Position numbers and translations under genes: made by a program. DNA of 64,000 nucleotides from an uncultured Alphaproteobacteria bacterium. GTDB taxonomy: Bacteria > Pseudomonadota > Alphaproteobacteria > Rhizobiales > Xanthobacteraceae. Below the pieces are notes generated by a model. It was given only the letters and a program-made list of their open reading frames with translations. It made no database searches and was not told the origin of the DNA. Shown one piece after another: positions 18,941 through 28,499 of this stretch (positions are counted from its first letter, which is position 1; the number at the start of each line of letters is the position of its first letter). The stretch spans positions 348,025-412,024 of the forward strand of contig CAVYPW010000003.1 of NCBI GenBank assembly GCA_963770515.1, in the 5' to 3' direction.

Positions 18941-20114
18941 TCACTTCATCGGGCATTTGTCGTGGAAGTTATCCTGGTTGTCCTTGACGATGGTGGCCAC
19001 GGTCTTGAGCGAGAGCGAGCCGTCGGCACCCTTCACCACGTCCTGCAAATAGAAATTCTGGATCGGAATGTGGTTGTTGCCGTATTTGAAGGCGCCGCGC
19101 AGCGACTTGAAATCGGCCTTCTCCATCGCCGCCTTCATCGCGTCCTTCTTGCTGGTATCGCCCTTGACCGCGACCACGGCGCTGTTGATCAACTGTGCCG
19201 CGTCATAGGCCTGCGCGCCGTAATAGGTCGGGCGGAGCGGCGCGTACTTCTTGCGGTAGTCTTCGACAAACTTCTTGTTCTGCTCGCCCGGCAGGTCGTT
19301 CACCCACTCCTGGGCGCCGGGAACGCCGATTGCGTTATCCTTTTGCAGCGGCAGCGACAATTCATCGATCGTGAACGCCGTATAGAGCGGCATCTGCTGC
19401 TTCATGCCGGCCTGCGCGTACTGATTGAGGAACTGCACGCCAGCGGCGCCCGGATAGAACACGAAGATCGATTCTGCTTTCGAATTGCGCGCTTTGGTGA
19501 GTTCAGCCGAGAAATCGAGCTGAACTCGGCCACACCGTGTATTCCTCACCCAACACTTCGCCCTTGAAGGTGCTCTTGACGCCGGCCAGCATGTCCTTGC
19601 CGGCAGCATAGTTTGGACCGATCAGGAACACCGACTTGACGCCCTTCTGGTTCATGTAAAGGCCCATCGCCGCCGGCGTCTGGTCGTTTTGCCAGGAGGT
19701 CGAGAACACGTAAGGCGAGCACAAGTCACCGGCGAGTTGCGAGGGTCCGGCATTGGCCGAGATCAGGAAGGTCTGCGAATCCACCGCGGTCTTGAGCGAG
19801 GCGAGCAGCACGTTCGACCAGATATAGCCGGCGATGAAGTCGACATGATCGGACTGCACCAGCTTCTCGGTCTTCTGCTTGCCGACATCCGGTTTCTGCT
19901 GGTCGTCCTCATAGATCACCTCGACCGGCTTGCCGCCCATCTTGCGACCGAGGTGATCGAGCGCGAGCTCGAACGAGTTGCGCATGTCGTTGCCGATCAC
20001 GGCCGTCGGCCCGCTGAACGTCGAGACAAAACCGATCTTGATCGTATCCGCCGCAGCCGCTGGCTGAGCCAGGGCCAGCACGGTGGCGCTCGCAAGCCAA
20101 AATGCCGTTCTCAT
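18941..20114 (-). pseudogene. Liv-type ABC substrate-binding protein (aromatic-acid binding subfamily likely), +1 frameshift near 19523 (probably a sequence error)
   Basis: Signal peptide, IKIGFVSTFSGP, YEDDQQKPDVG, NAGPSQLAG; EEYTVWPS joins QLDFSAEL after removing one T. Confidence 0.85.
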
Positions 20115-20463
20115 CGTCGTCTCCCTCCTCAATTCCTTGTTGGCTTATGCCGCCCACCAACCCCGGCGCCGTTTGCGGAGGCATCCCAGCCTCCGGACGG
20201 TTTTTTGTGCTCGAAATGGCTGGCCCGCAGCAAGCACGAACCGACGGCTCCCTCTTGAACCTTTGGACCATGCCTTAGCCCATGCACCATAGTTCGTGGC
20301 AACAGCGGATGGCAAGAATTATAGTGCCGGTTCGTGCCATCGCGGGTTTGCGCCGGGTCGACAACAATCGGCTTTCGCGATCGGCCGATCAGGAGAGCGG
20401 TCTTGAGCCCGGCGGCCGAACGCTTACACCAGCAGAGGGAGCCGTTCGAACCTTGAGGGCACC

Positions 20464-21747
20464 ATGACAGCTGCTTTGCCTGATCCGAAACCCGCCCATC
20501 GCGTGGTGATCGTCGGCGCCGGATTCGGCGGCCTTGAATGCGCGCTGCGGCTAAAGGGCGCGCCGGTTCAGATCACGCTGGTCGATCGCCGCAACCACCA
20601 TCTGTTTCAGCCGCTATTGTACCAGGTCGCGACCGCCTCGCTCGCTACTTCCGAGATCGCCTGGCCAATTCGCCATCTGATGAACGATCGACCGGAAGTC
20701 ACGACCTTGTTCGCCACCGTCAGCGGCGTCGACGCCGACAATAAACGCGTGCTGCTCGACGACGGCGATACGCTGCCCTACGACACGCTGGTGCTCGCGA
20801 CCGGCGCGCGCCATGCCTATTTCGGCCACGACGAATGGGAGCCGTTTGCGCCGGGTCTGAAAACGCTCGAAGACGCCACCACGTTGCGGCGGCGAATCCT
20901 GGTCGCCTTCGAGCGAGCCGAACGCGAACGCGATCCGGAAAAGCGCGCCGCGCTTCTGACCTTTGTCATCATCGGCGCCGGCCCGACCGGCGTCGAACTC
21001 GCCGGCACCATCGCCGAACTCGCGCAAGACACGTTGCCTCCCGATTTTCGCAACATCGATACCCATCAGGCGCGCGTGGTGCTGATCGAAGCCGGGCCAC
21101 GCGTGCTGGCGGGCTTTGCCGACGATCTCTCGGCCTATGCGCAGGCCTCGCTGGAAAGCATCGGCGTCGAAGTCGTATTGGGACAAGCCGTCACCGAATG
21201 CTCCGCCGACGGCGTCGTTTATGGCGGCAAGCATTTGCAGGCGCGGACATTGATCTGGGCCGCCGGCGTACGCGCCTCGCCCGCTGCCGAGTGGCTGCAT
21301 GCGGCGGCCGATCGCGCCGGCCGGTTACAGGTCAAGCCTGATCTGTCCGTTCCTGATCACCCCGATATTTTCGCGGTCGGCGACACCGTCACGATCGCCG
21401 ACAGGCAAGGAAATCCGGTGCCGGGCATCGCGCCCGCCGCCAAGCAACAGGGCCGCCATGTCGCCGCATCGATTCTGGCGCGGCTCTCGGGCAAGACGCC
21501 CGCGCCGTTTCGTTACAGCCATGCCGGCAGTCTGGCCCAGATCGGCAAGCGCAAGGCGGTGATCGATTTCGGCGCGATCAAGCTGCGCGGCACGATTGCC
21601 TGGTGGATCTGGGGCATCGCCCACATTTACTTCCTGATCGGCTTGCGCAACCGGCTTAGCGTTGCCATTAGCTGGCTCTGGATTCATGCCCGCGACCAGC
21701 GCGCCGCACGGCTGATAACGCAAGGTTCGAGCAAGGTAGCGCGTTGA
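20464..21747 (+). CDS. ndh: NAD(P)/FAD-dependent oxidoreductase, type II NADH dehydrogenase family
   Basis: GAGFGG, DRRNHHLFQPLLYQVAT, GAGPTGVELAG, WAAGV, AVGD, APAAKQQG. Confidence 0.88.
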   Translation: MTAALPDPKPAHRVVIVGAGFGGLECALRLKGAPVQITLVDRRNHHLFQPLLYQVATASLATSEIAWPIRHLMNDRPEVTTLFATVSGVDADNKRVLLDDGDTLPYDTLVLATGARHAYFGHDEWEPFAPGLKTLEDATTLRRRILVAFERAERERDPEKRAALLTFVIIGAGPTGVELAGTIAELAQDTLPPDFRNIDTHQARVVLIEAGPRVLAGFADDLSAYAQASLESIGVEVVLGQAVTECSADGVVYGGKHLQARTLIWAAGVRASPAAEWLHAAADRAGRLQVKPDLSVPDHPDIFAVGDTVTIADRQGNPVPGIAPAAKQQGRHVAASILARLSGKTPAPFRYSHAGSLAQIGKRKAVIDFGAIKLRGTIAWWIWGIAHIYFLIGLRNRLSVAISWLWIHARDQRAARLITQGSSKVAR

Positions 21748-21890
21748 AGAAAAGAACCCGCGGGTATTGCCCTTGAAACCGGCAAGAGGTCGTGCCAGAG
21801 CGAGGCGCAGGGCCCGCGTGAAATTCCCCCAAACAGTTGATAAGACTGGGTCATTCTGCCAAACAACCACCGCCCAGCCGACGTACACAA

Positions 21891-21906
21891 TGGCACACCG
21901 CTTGCT
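21891..21906 (+). promoter_or_regulatory. Sigma54 -24/-12 promoter for atzF
   Basis: TGGCAC-ACCGC-TTGCT matches the consensus with exact GG-N10-GC spacing, 115 bp upstream of the start. Confidence 0.75.
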
Positions 21907-22020
21907 TCGAAAAATGAAAAATTCCCGCACCTCCAGAGTACAATCGGATATGGCGCCCTCACCTCCCCGAACTCAATCGCCGCGCGCGCCGCGTGATATC
22001 CGCACGGATCGAGGTGGCGC

Positions 22021-23817
22021 GTGAGCGAGACCGTTGCCGCGATCGTCGCCGCGCATCGCGCCGGCCGCCAGTCCCCTGCGCAAACCGTGGCGCGCAGTTT
22101 TCAGCGCATCCGCGAGCACAACGATCCCGCTGTCTTCATCTCCTTGCGCGACGAGAAGGACGCGATTGCGGAAGCCGAAGCGCTTGCCGCCAACAAAGAG
22201 GCGAGCGAGCTGCCGCTCTACGGCATTCCGGTCGCGGTGAAGGATAATATCGATGTGGCGGGGTTGCCGACCACGGCCGCTTGTCCCGCCTATTCCTACA
22301 CGCCGACCCGCGATGCGATCGCGGTCGCGCGGCTGCGCCGGGCGGGCGCCATCATCATCGGCAAGACCAATCTCGACCAGTTCGCGACCGGCCTCGTCGG
22401 CGTGCGCTCGCCTTACGGCATTCCCACCAATCCGATGCGCGCCGATCTCATTCCAGGCGGATCGAGTTCGGGATCGGCCGTGGCCGTTTCGACCGGACTG
22501 GTGCCGCTCTCGCTCGGCACCGATACCGCAGGAAGCGGCCGCGTCCCGGCGATGTTCAACAATATCGTCGGATTGAAACCGAGCCTGGGCCTGATTCCAA
22601 CCGCGGGCGTCGTGCCGGCCTGCCGGACGCTCGATTGCGTCTCGGTGTTCTCGCTGACCGTCGACGACGCCGTGACCGCGCTTGAAGCCATGGCCGGCCC
22701 CGACAGGTCCGATCCGTTTTCACGCAACCGGACGCTATCGAGGATGAGCCCGTTTCCCACCGGCTTACGGCTCGGCGTGCCGCGCGACGGCCAGCTCATC
22801 TTCTTCGGCGACAAGAAGCAGGAAGCGGCCTATGCGGCCGCGCTGGAGAAGTGGCGCGCGTTGGGCGCCACGCTCGTCAGCTTCGATCTCGAGCCGCTCT
22901 ATGAAACCGCGCGGCTGCTCTATGAAGGCCCATGGGTGGCCGAACGTTATCTCGTGATCCGCAACATGCTGGCGTCGTCGCCCGACGCCATCCATCCCGT
23001 CACTCGCGAGATCACGATTGCGGGCAGCCGGCTCTCCGCAGCCGACACCTTCGCCGCGCTCTACCGGTTGCAGGCGCTGAGGCGCTCGGCCGAGCACGCC
23101 TTCGCCGATATCGACGCACTGGTACTGCCGACCGCGCCGACCGCCTATTCGACTGCGCAGGTGCTGGCCAACCCGATCGAACTCAACTCGCGGCTCGGGA
23201 CCTATACCAACTTCGTCAACCTGCTCGACCTCTGCGGTCTCGCTCTGCCGTCGGCGATCAGGTCCGACGAAATTCCGTTCGGCATCACGCTGCTCGCGCC
23301 GGCCGGCCAGGATGCGCTGATCGCGAGCATCGGCCGCGTCTTCCAGGCACAGACGAAACTGACGTTGGGCGCCAGGGGCGGGGCGATGCCGCCATTGGCC
23401 GATCTCAACCTGGTCTTGACCGGCGACGAAATCCCGATCGCCGTGGTCGGCGCGCATCTTTCCGGAATGGCGCTCAACAGCGAATTGAAGGCGCATGGCG
23501 CCCGCCTGCTGGAAGCGACATCGACCGCGCCCGACTATCGCCTCTATGCGCTTGCCACCGCGCCGCCAAAGCCCGGCATGCTGCGCGTCGAAGCGGGCGC
23601 CGGCACATCGATCGAGATCGAACTCTGGGCGCTGCCGGCTGTCGCCTTCGCCAATTTCGTCGCCGCGATTCCGCCACCGCTCTCGATCGGCACGGTGCGT
23701 CTGAAAGACGGCCGCGGCATCAAGGGCTTTATCGTGGAAGCCGCCGACATCGGCAGTGCAAAGGACATTTCAGCCTTTGGCGGCTGGCGTAGCTTTGTAG
23801 CGAAGGCGGCGACATAA
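22021..23817 (+). CDS. atzF: Allophanate hydrolase (amidase signature domain + C-terminal domain)
   Basis: KDNID, GKTNLDQFATGLVGVRSPYG, GGSSSGS, GTDTAGSGRVPA, LGTYTNFVNLLD and C-terminal VVGAHLSGMALN. Confidence 0.93.
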   Translation: MSETVAAIVAAHRAGRQSPAQTVARSFQRIREHNDPAVFISLRDEKDAIAEAEALAANKEASELPLYGIPVAVKDNIDVAGLPTTAACPAYSYTPTRDAIAVARLRRAGAIIIGKTNLDQFATGLVGVRSPYGIPTNPMRADLIPGGSSSGSAVAVSTGLVPLSLGTDTAGSGRVPAMFNNIVGLKPSLGLIPTAGVVPACRTLDCVSVFSLTVDDAVTALEAMAGPDRSDPFSRNRTLSRMSPFPTGLRLGVPRDGQLIFFGDKKQEAAYAAALEKWRALGATLVSFDLEPLYETARLLYEGPWVAERYLVIRNMLASSPDAIHPVTREITIAGSRLSAADTFAALYRLQALRRSAEHAFADIDALVLPTAPTAYSTAQVLANPIELNSRLGTYTNFVNLLDLCGLALPSAIRSDEIPFGITLLAPAGQDALIASIGRVFQAQTKLTLGARGGAMPPLADLNLVLTGDEIPIAVVGAHLSGMALNSELKAHGARLLEATSTAPDYRLYALATAPPKPGMLRVEAGAGTSIEIELWALPAVAFANFVAAIPPPLSIGTVRLKDGRGIKGFIVEAADIGSAKDISAFGGWRSFVAKAAT

Positions 23818-23922
23818 CCTCATGGTGAGGAGGCGCGCCAGCGCCATCTCGAACCATTGTTTCTCTCATCCTTCGAGACGCGCGCAACGAGCTACGTTCG
23901 CCGCACGCTCCTCAGGATGAGG
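23818..23922. repeat. REP element (CCTCATxxTGAGGAG family)
   Basis: cctcatggtgaggag...ctcctcaggatgagg; related copies at 44414 and 54514; lies between convergent stops. Confidence 0.8.
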
Positions 23923-23923
23923 G

Positions 23924-24658
23924 TCACACCGAAACCGCATAAAGCGCGTATTCGCCGTGCACCCGCTCGATATGCGCGCGCATCGCATTGGCCGCGCCAT
24001 TGCGATCGCCGCGCATGATGGCCACCACCACGCGATCATGCTCGGCATGCGACTGCGCCAGCCGACCGAGATTGCGGAACTGGGCACGGCGGAACGGTTG
24101 CACGCGCTTGCGTGTCGCCAGCGTGATCTCGGCGATATGACCGTTTTGCGAGCCGGTGTAGATCGAGCTGTGAAAGCGCTCGTTGACCTCATGAAAGCGA
24201 TCGGGATCGCCGGCGTGGCTCAGCACCCGCAGTTCCTCATGGATCGCTTCCAGCCGATAGCGCTCGGCCGGCATCATCCGCTCCGCCGCCAGCCCCGCGC
24301 ACAATGCTTCCAATTCCGCCATCGCCTCGAACATCCCGCTCAGGCGCTCGATCGAGGGCTGCGCTACCACCGCACCGCGATGGGCGCGCGCTTCCACGAG
24401 CCCTGAGACCGCGAGCTGCCGCAATGCCTCACGCACCGGCGTACGCGACACGTTGAAGCGCCGCGCGATGTCGGTTTCGTCCAGCGCCGATCCCGGCGCC
24501 AGCGCGCCGCGCACGATCTCGTCGGCCAGTTGCAGGCGCAACTCCTCGGCGCGGGTCAGCTTGTCGACGCCGCGGACGCCTGCGCCACGACGAACCGTCG
24601 TCTTGGCTTCCTGAATGGCGCCAAGCGATGCCAGGTCTGGGAGGTCGTCAAGGCTCAT
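23924..24658 (-). CDS. GntR family (FCD) transcriptional regulator
   Basis: wHTH VSRTPVREALRQL followed by an FCD domain (NERFH...EH.RVV.AI). Confidence 0.9.
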   Translation of the reverse strand: MSLDDLPDLASLGAIQEAKTTVRRGAGVRGVDKLTRAEELRLQLADEIVRGALAPGSALDETDIARRFNVSRTPVREALRQLAVSGLVEARAHRGAVVAQPSIERLSGMFEAMAELEALCAGLAAERMMPAERYRLEAIHEELRVLSHAGDPDRFHEVNERFHSSIYTGSQNGHIAEITLATRKRVQPFRRAQFRNLGRLAQSHAEHDRVVVAIMRGDRNGAANAMRAHIERVHGEYALYAVSV

Positions 24659-25053
24659 GCCTTTTGATCCCGCGGTTCGTCGATCACGCTGACATGCGCG
24701 GCGACGATTTTCCACCCCTCGGCAAACCGGACCCACGTCTGCATCTGCCGTCCGACCTTGCCCGGCGCGGAATCGCGATAAAACAGCGTCGAGGCCACCG
24801 CCGTGTCGCGGCCGTAGGTCGTGATCACTGTACGATCGGTCCGGCGTATCAGGCCGGCGGACGGGCGCGCTGCGCGAAACGCCATGATCTCTTGATAGCC
24901 ATAGAGATTTTCACCTCCGCCATAGCGCAGCGTGCGCGGATCGTCGCGGAACAATTCATCGAGCGCCGCGACGTCATTGGTCACCAGCGCCTTTTCGTAA
25001 CGCGCGAACTGCGCGGTCACCTCGGCAAGCACATCGGGAAGATCGACCTGCAT
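24655..25053 (-). CDS. atzH: AtzH/HpxZ-like protein (DUF3225)
   Basis: YEKALVTNDVAALDELF, ENLYG..EI.AFR, GRQMQTW, WKIVAAHVS. Confidence 0.88.
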   Translation of the reverse strand: MQVDLPDVLAEVTAQFARYEKALVTNDVAALDELFRDDPRTLRYGGGENLYGYQEIMAFRAARPSAGLIRRTDRTVITTYGRDTAVASTLFYRDSAPGKVGRQMQTWVRFAEGWKIVAAHVSVIDEPRDQKA

Positions 25054-25066
25054 TTTCAAATCCTGC

Positions 25067-26443
25067 TCAAATCGCTCTTGGCCGCGGCGCGGATACGACA
25101 CCCTGCCGTTCCAGCGCAGCCGCCACCCGCAGCGCGATGTCTTCGCGCCACGGCGCGGCAATGATCTGCACGCCGATCGGCATCGGCTCGAGCGGAACCG
25201 GAACCGCGACCACCGGCAAACCGATAAAGGAGATCGGCTGGGTGTGAATGCCGATATTGGCGCGCACCGGAAGTTCGACACCATCGAGCACGAAATTCAT
25301 CTGACCCAATTTCGGCGCGACGCAAGGCGTCGCCGGCGCCAGGATGACATCGACCGATTTGAACAGTTCGAGAACCTGTGAGCGATACCAGCGGCGGAAT
25401 TTTTGCGCGCGGTCGACCATCGGCGCCGGAATCATCGCTCCCGCGATCAGGCGGTCGCGCACGGCGGGATCGAAATCGTCAGGCCGCGTACGCAGCCGAT
25501 CCAGATGAAGCGAAGCGCCTTCACAAGTGGAGATGACGTAAGCCGCGGCACGGGCGCGCGCGGCTTCCGGAATTTCGACCGTGCGGCTGGCGCCCAGCGC
25601 CTTGGCAACGCGGCCGACCGCTTCGGTGGCTTCAGGGAAGACGTTGTTCTGGAAATAGCCGCCGGCTACCGCAATTCGCAAATCGCCGGTTCCTTGAGCG
25701 AGCGACGGCAAAGCCGGCTCGACCGGCCGCGTCGTGCAGGCGGCGTCGGCCACATCCGGCCCCTGCATCGCGTCATAAGCGAGCGCCAGGTCGCCGACCG
25801 AGCGCGCCAGCGGACCGACATGATCGAATGAGAACACGAACGGAAACGAGCGCGCACGGGAGAGCCGGCCGTAGGTCGGCTTCAGTCCGAAGATTCCACA
25901 AAACGACGACGGCACCCGGATCGAGCCGTTGGTGTCCGAGCCGAGCGCCAGCGGAACCAGCGCGCCGCCGACGGCGCCGCCCGAGCCGCCCGAGGAGCCG
26001 CCGGTCATCCGCGTCAGGTCATGCGGATTGCGCGAGGGACCATCGTGAATGTTTTCGCCGGTGAAATCGTAAGCGTATTCGCCCATATTGAGCGCACCGA
26101 CCAGCACGGCGCCGGCGGCTTCCAACCGTTCAACCAGCGTGGCATCGCGCGCGGCCGCGGGAAGATCGCGGTTGATCTTCGATCCGGCCCGGGTCGGCAG
26201 ACCCTTGACGTCGAACAGGTTCTTCACGGCAAACGGGACGCCGGCAAGCGCTCCGGGATGTTTACCGGCCGCGATGGCGGCATCGACGGCGCGTGCTTTT
26301 TCACGCGCTCGTTCGGCGGTGACGTCAGTAAAGGAGTTCAGAGCCGAATCGTGCCTGGCGATCCGCGCCAGTGCGGCTTCGATAGCGCTCAGCGCCGAAA
26401 ATTTCTTGTCCCTGACAGCCTGCGCGATGTCGAGCGCAGACAT
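25067..26443 (-). CDS. atzE: AtzE-family amidohydrolase (1-carboxybiuret hydrolase / HpxY-like)
   Basis: AVKNLFDV, LNMGEYAYDFTGEN, GGSSGGS, GSDTNGSIRVP, RDRLIAG, TQPISFIGLP. Start placed at ATG 26443 after GGAG. Confidence 0.88.
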   Translation of the reverse strand: MSALDIAQAVRDKKFSALSAIEAALARIARHDSALNSFTDVTAERAREKARAVDAAIAAGKHPGALAGVPFAVKNLFDVKGLPTRAGSKINRDLPAAARDATLVERLEAAGAVLVGALNMGEYAYDFTGENIHDGPSRNPHDLTRMTGGSSGGSGGAVGGALVPLALGSDTNGSIRVPSSFCGIFGLKPTYGRLSRARSFPFVFSFDHVGPLARSVGDLALAYDAMQGPDVADAACTTRPVEPALPSLAQGTGDLRIAVAGGYFQNNVFPEATEAVGRVAKALGASRTVEIPEAARARAAAYVISTCEGASLHLDRLRTRPDDFDPAVRDRLIAGAMIPAPMVDRAQKFRRWYRSQVLELFKSVDVILAPATPCVAPKLGQMNFVLDGVELPVRANIGIHTQPISFIGLPVVAVPVPLEPMPIGVQIIAAPWREDIALRVAAALERQGVVSAPRPRAI

Positions 26444-26468
26444 TCCGTCTCCGGCCCCTGTCACGGTA

Positions 26469-26651
26469 TCAAGCTGTGAAGACACTGGCGGGCTCGGCTG
26501 CGTCGGAGAATGCGAACTCGTCCACCAGCCGTGCCATCTTCATGGACACTTCGAGATTGGCCCGTACGGTGGGTTTCCAGGCTTCCTTGACCGGAAGCCT
26601 CAGGGCCTTGGCGGCCGCGTCGATGTAATCGTCCAGCGAATCTTCTGACAT
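26469..26651 (-). CDS. atzG: AtzG/HpxX-like small accessory subunit (DUF4089)
   Basis: 60 aa, LDDYIDAAAKALRLP...EPASVF, immediately upstream of the AtzE-like gene. Confidence 0.8.
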   Translation of the reverse strand: MSEDSLDDYIDAAAKALRLPVKEAWKPTVRANLEVSMKMARLVDEFAFSDAAEPASVFTA

Positions 26652-26677
26652 TTCAGCCTTTTTAGTTCAGCCCTCAA

Positions 26678-28408
26678 TCAGGCCACCGGTAGTGGCGGAT
26701 GGGGAATAGCCGTCAGCAGCTCCTTTGTATAGGCATTTTGCGGATCGCCCAAGACCTGGTCCGACGTCCCCTGCTCGACAATTTTCCCCGTCCGCATCAC
26801 GATGACACGGTCACACAACAGCCGCACCACGTTCAAATCGTGCGAGACGAACAAATAGCTCATGCCCAGCGACTGCTTGAGGTCCTGGAGCAAATTCAAC
26901 ACCACCGCCTGCACCGAAACATCGAGCGCCGCGGTCGGCTCGTCGAGGATGACGAGCTTCGGACTGAGCGCCATCGCGCGCGCAATGCCGACGCGGGCCT
27001 TCTGCCCGCCCGACAATTGATGTGGAAAGCGATCGAGCAGATTGACCGGCAGACCGACCAATGTCGCCAGTTCCTCGCAGCGCGCCCGCAGCGCATCGCG
27101 CCCGCTAACGTTACCCAGTCTCAGGATCGGATCGGCGATCGCGCGCACCGCCGTAAAGCGCGGGTTGAGGCTGTCGGTCGGATCCTGAAATACCATCTGG
27201 ATGCTCTTGCGCTGTGGCAATCGCGCAAAGGCATTCGGCAGGATGCCGCCGATCTCTTCGCCGTCGAACGAAATGCGGCCGGACGTCTGATCCAACAGCC
27301 GCATCACCATCATCGAGGTGGTGGACTTGCCGCAACCGGACTCGCCAACGAGGCCGACGCTTTCGCCATGGCCGACCGTAAAGCTGATTCCGTCGACCGC
27401 GCGAAAAATCTCAGGCTCGGCGGGCGGCTTGCGCGCGAACAATTTGGCGAGCATCGCCGGCGCGCCCTGGCGCGGATATTCCTTCACCAGCTTTTCGACC
27501 AGCAGAAGCGGTTTGGCCGGAGCATTCGCGCCCTCGGCCTTCCCGTTTGTCGTAGGCATGGGCGGTGCCGGCAGCAAGGCCGCCTCTTCCTCCGGCAACA
27601 GGTCGCGCAAGGAGACGCCGATCCGCGGCGTCGCGCGCATCAATTTGCGCGTATAGGGATGTTCGGGCTTCGCAAAAATATTGGCCGAGAGCGCGGTCTC
27701 GACCACGCGTCCCTTCTCCATCACAACGACACGATCGCAATAGGCCGCCGCGAGACCGAGATCATGCGTGATCAGGATGGTCGACATGCTGCGCGCTTTG
27801 GTGAGCTCGACGACGAGGTCCATCACCGCCTTCTGGGTCGTGACGTCGAGGCCGGTGGTGGGCTCGTCGGCGATCAGCAAGCGCGGACCGCAGGCCAGCG
27901 CCAGCGCGATCACCACCCGCTGGCACATGCCGCCCGAAAGCTCGAACGGATAGGCATGATAGCGCTCGCGGGGGCGCGCGATCTTGACCTGCTCCAGCGC
28001 TGCGATCGCCCGGTCGGTCACCTGCGAGCGATCGACCTGGACATGTTGCAGCAGCACATCCTCGATCTGATGGCCGATCTTGCGGATCGGATTGAGCGCC
28101 AGCCGCGGGCTCTGGAAGATCATCGACATTTCGCGGCCGCGCATGTCGCGCATCTGATCTTCGGTCGCAGCCCTGACATCGACGCCGGAGAATTGAACCG
28201 AGCCTTCCGCGATCTTGCCGGCGCGATCGAGAATCCGCATCACGGCATAGGACGTTACTGATTTGCCGGAACCGGACTCGCCGACGATGCCGAGCGTCTC
28301 GCCCTTGGCGACCGCGATATTGACATGCTGAACGGCCTTGACGATGCCGCGCCGGGTGGCGAATTCCACTGTGAGATCGTTGACATCGAGCAGCGGCAGC
28401 GCGGTCAT
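26678..28408 (-). CDS. Dpp/Opp-type ABC ATP-binding protein with two fused ATPase domains
   Basis: Two GESGSGKS/GESGCGKS Walker A motifs, two LSGG signatures, DEPT motifs. The ORF-track N-terminal extension is a translated repeat. Confidence 0.92.
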   Translation of the reverse strand: MTALPLLDVNDLTVEFATRRGIVKAVQHVNIAVAKGETLGIVGESGSGKSVTSYAVMRILDRAGKIAEGSVQFSGVDVRAATEDQMRDMRGREMSMIFQSPRLALNPIRKIGHQIEDVLLQHVQVDRSQVTDRAIAALEQVKIARPRERYHAYPFELSGGMCQRVVIALALACGPRLLIADEPTTGLDVTTQKAVMDLVVELTKARSMSTILITHDLGLAAAYCDRVVVMEKGRVVETALSANIFAKPEHPYTRKLMRATPRIGVSLRDLLPEEEAALLPAPPMPTTNGKAEGANAPAKPLLLVEKLVKEYPRQGAPAMLAKLFARKPPAEPEIFRAVDGISFTVGHGESVGLVGESGCGKSTTSMMVMRLLDQTSGRISFDGEEIGGILPNAFARLPQRKSIQMVFQDPTDSLNPRFTAVRAIADPILRLGNVSGRDALRARCEELATLVGLPVNLLDRFPHQLSGGQKARVGIARAMALSPKLVILDEPTAALDVSVQAVVLNLLQDLKQSLGMSYLFVSHDLNVVRLLCDRVIVMRTGKIVEQGTSDQVLGDPQNAYTKELLTAIPHPPLPVA

Positions 28409-28426
28409 GTCACACTCATTTTCTTG

Positions 28427-28497
28427 AGCATGATCTCCGCGCAAACGCCCGCATTTGTCGCGAGGGAAAACCGGCGCCCACTTTTCCGGATCATGCT
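28427..28497. repeat. Rhizobial RIME-like palindromic repeat (AGCATGATC...GATCATGCT)
   Basis: 9-bp terminal inverted repeat with a GGAAAA.../TTTTCC internal stem; fills the gap between permease and ATPase genes. Confidence 0.8.
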
Positions 28498-28499
28498 TC

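Noticed and set aside
20324-20339. Possible sigma54 promoter for the Liv-type operon (TGGCACGAACCGGCA, minus strand)
   Set aside because: The GG-to-GC spacing is 9 rather than the obligatory 10 nt, and the TTGC element is absent.
20464-21747. NDH-2-like flavoprotein as the missing oxygenase reductase
   Set aside because: Its motifs are those of respiratory type II NADH dehydrogenases with a C-terminal membrane anchor and no Fe-S motif. Only proximity supports the idea.
25067-26651. AtzE/AtzG pair as GatA/GatC of the tRNA amidotransferase
   Set aside because: No gatB is present. The LNMGEYAYDFTGEN motif and adjacency to AtzH and AtzF indicate the AtzE family.
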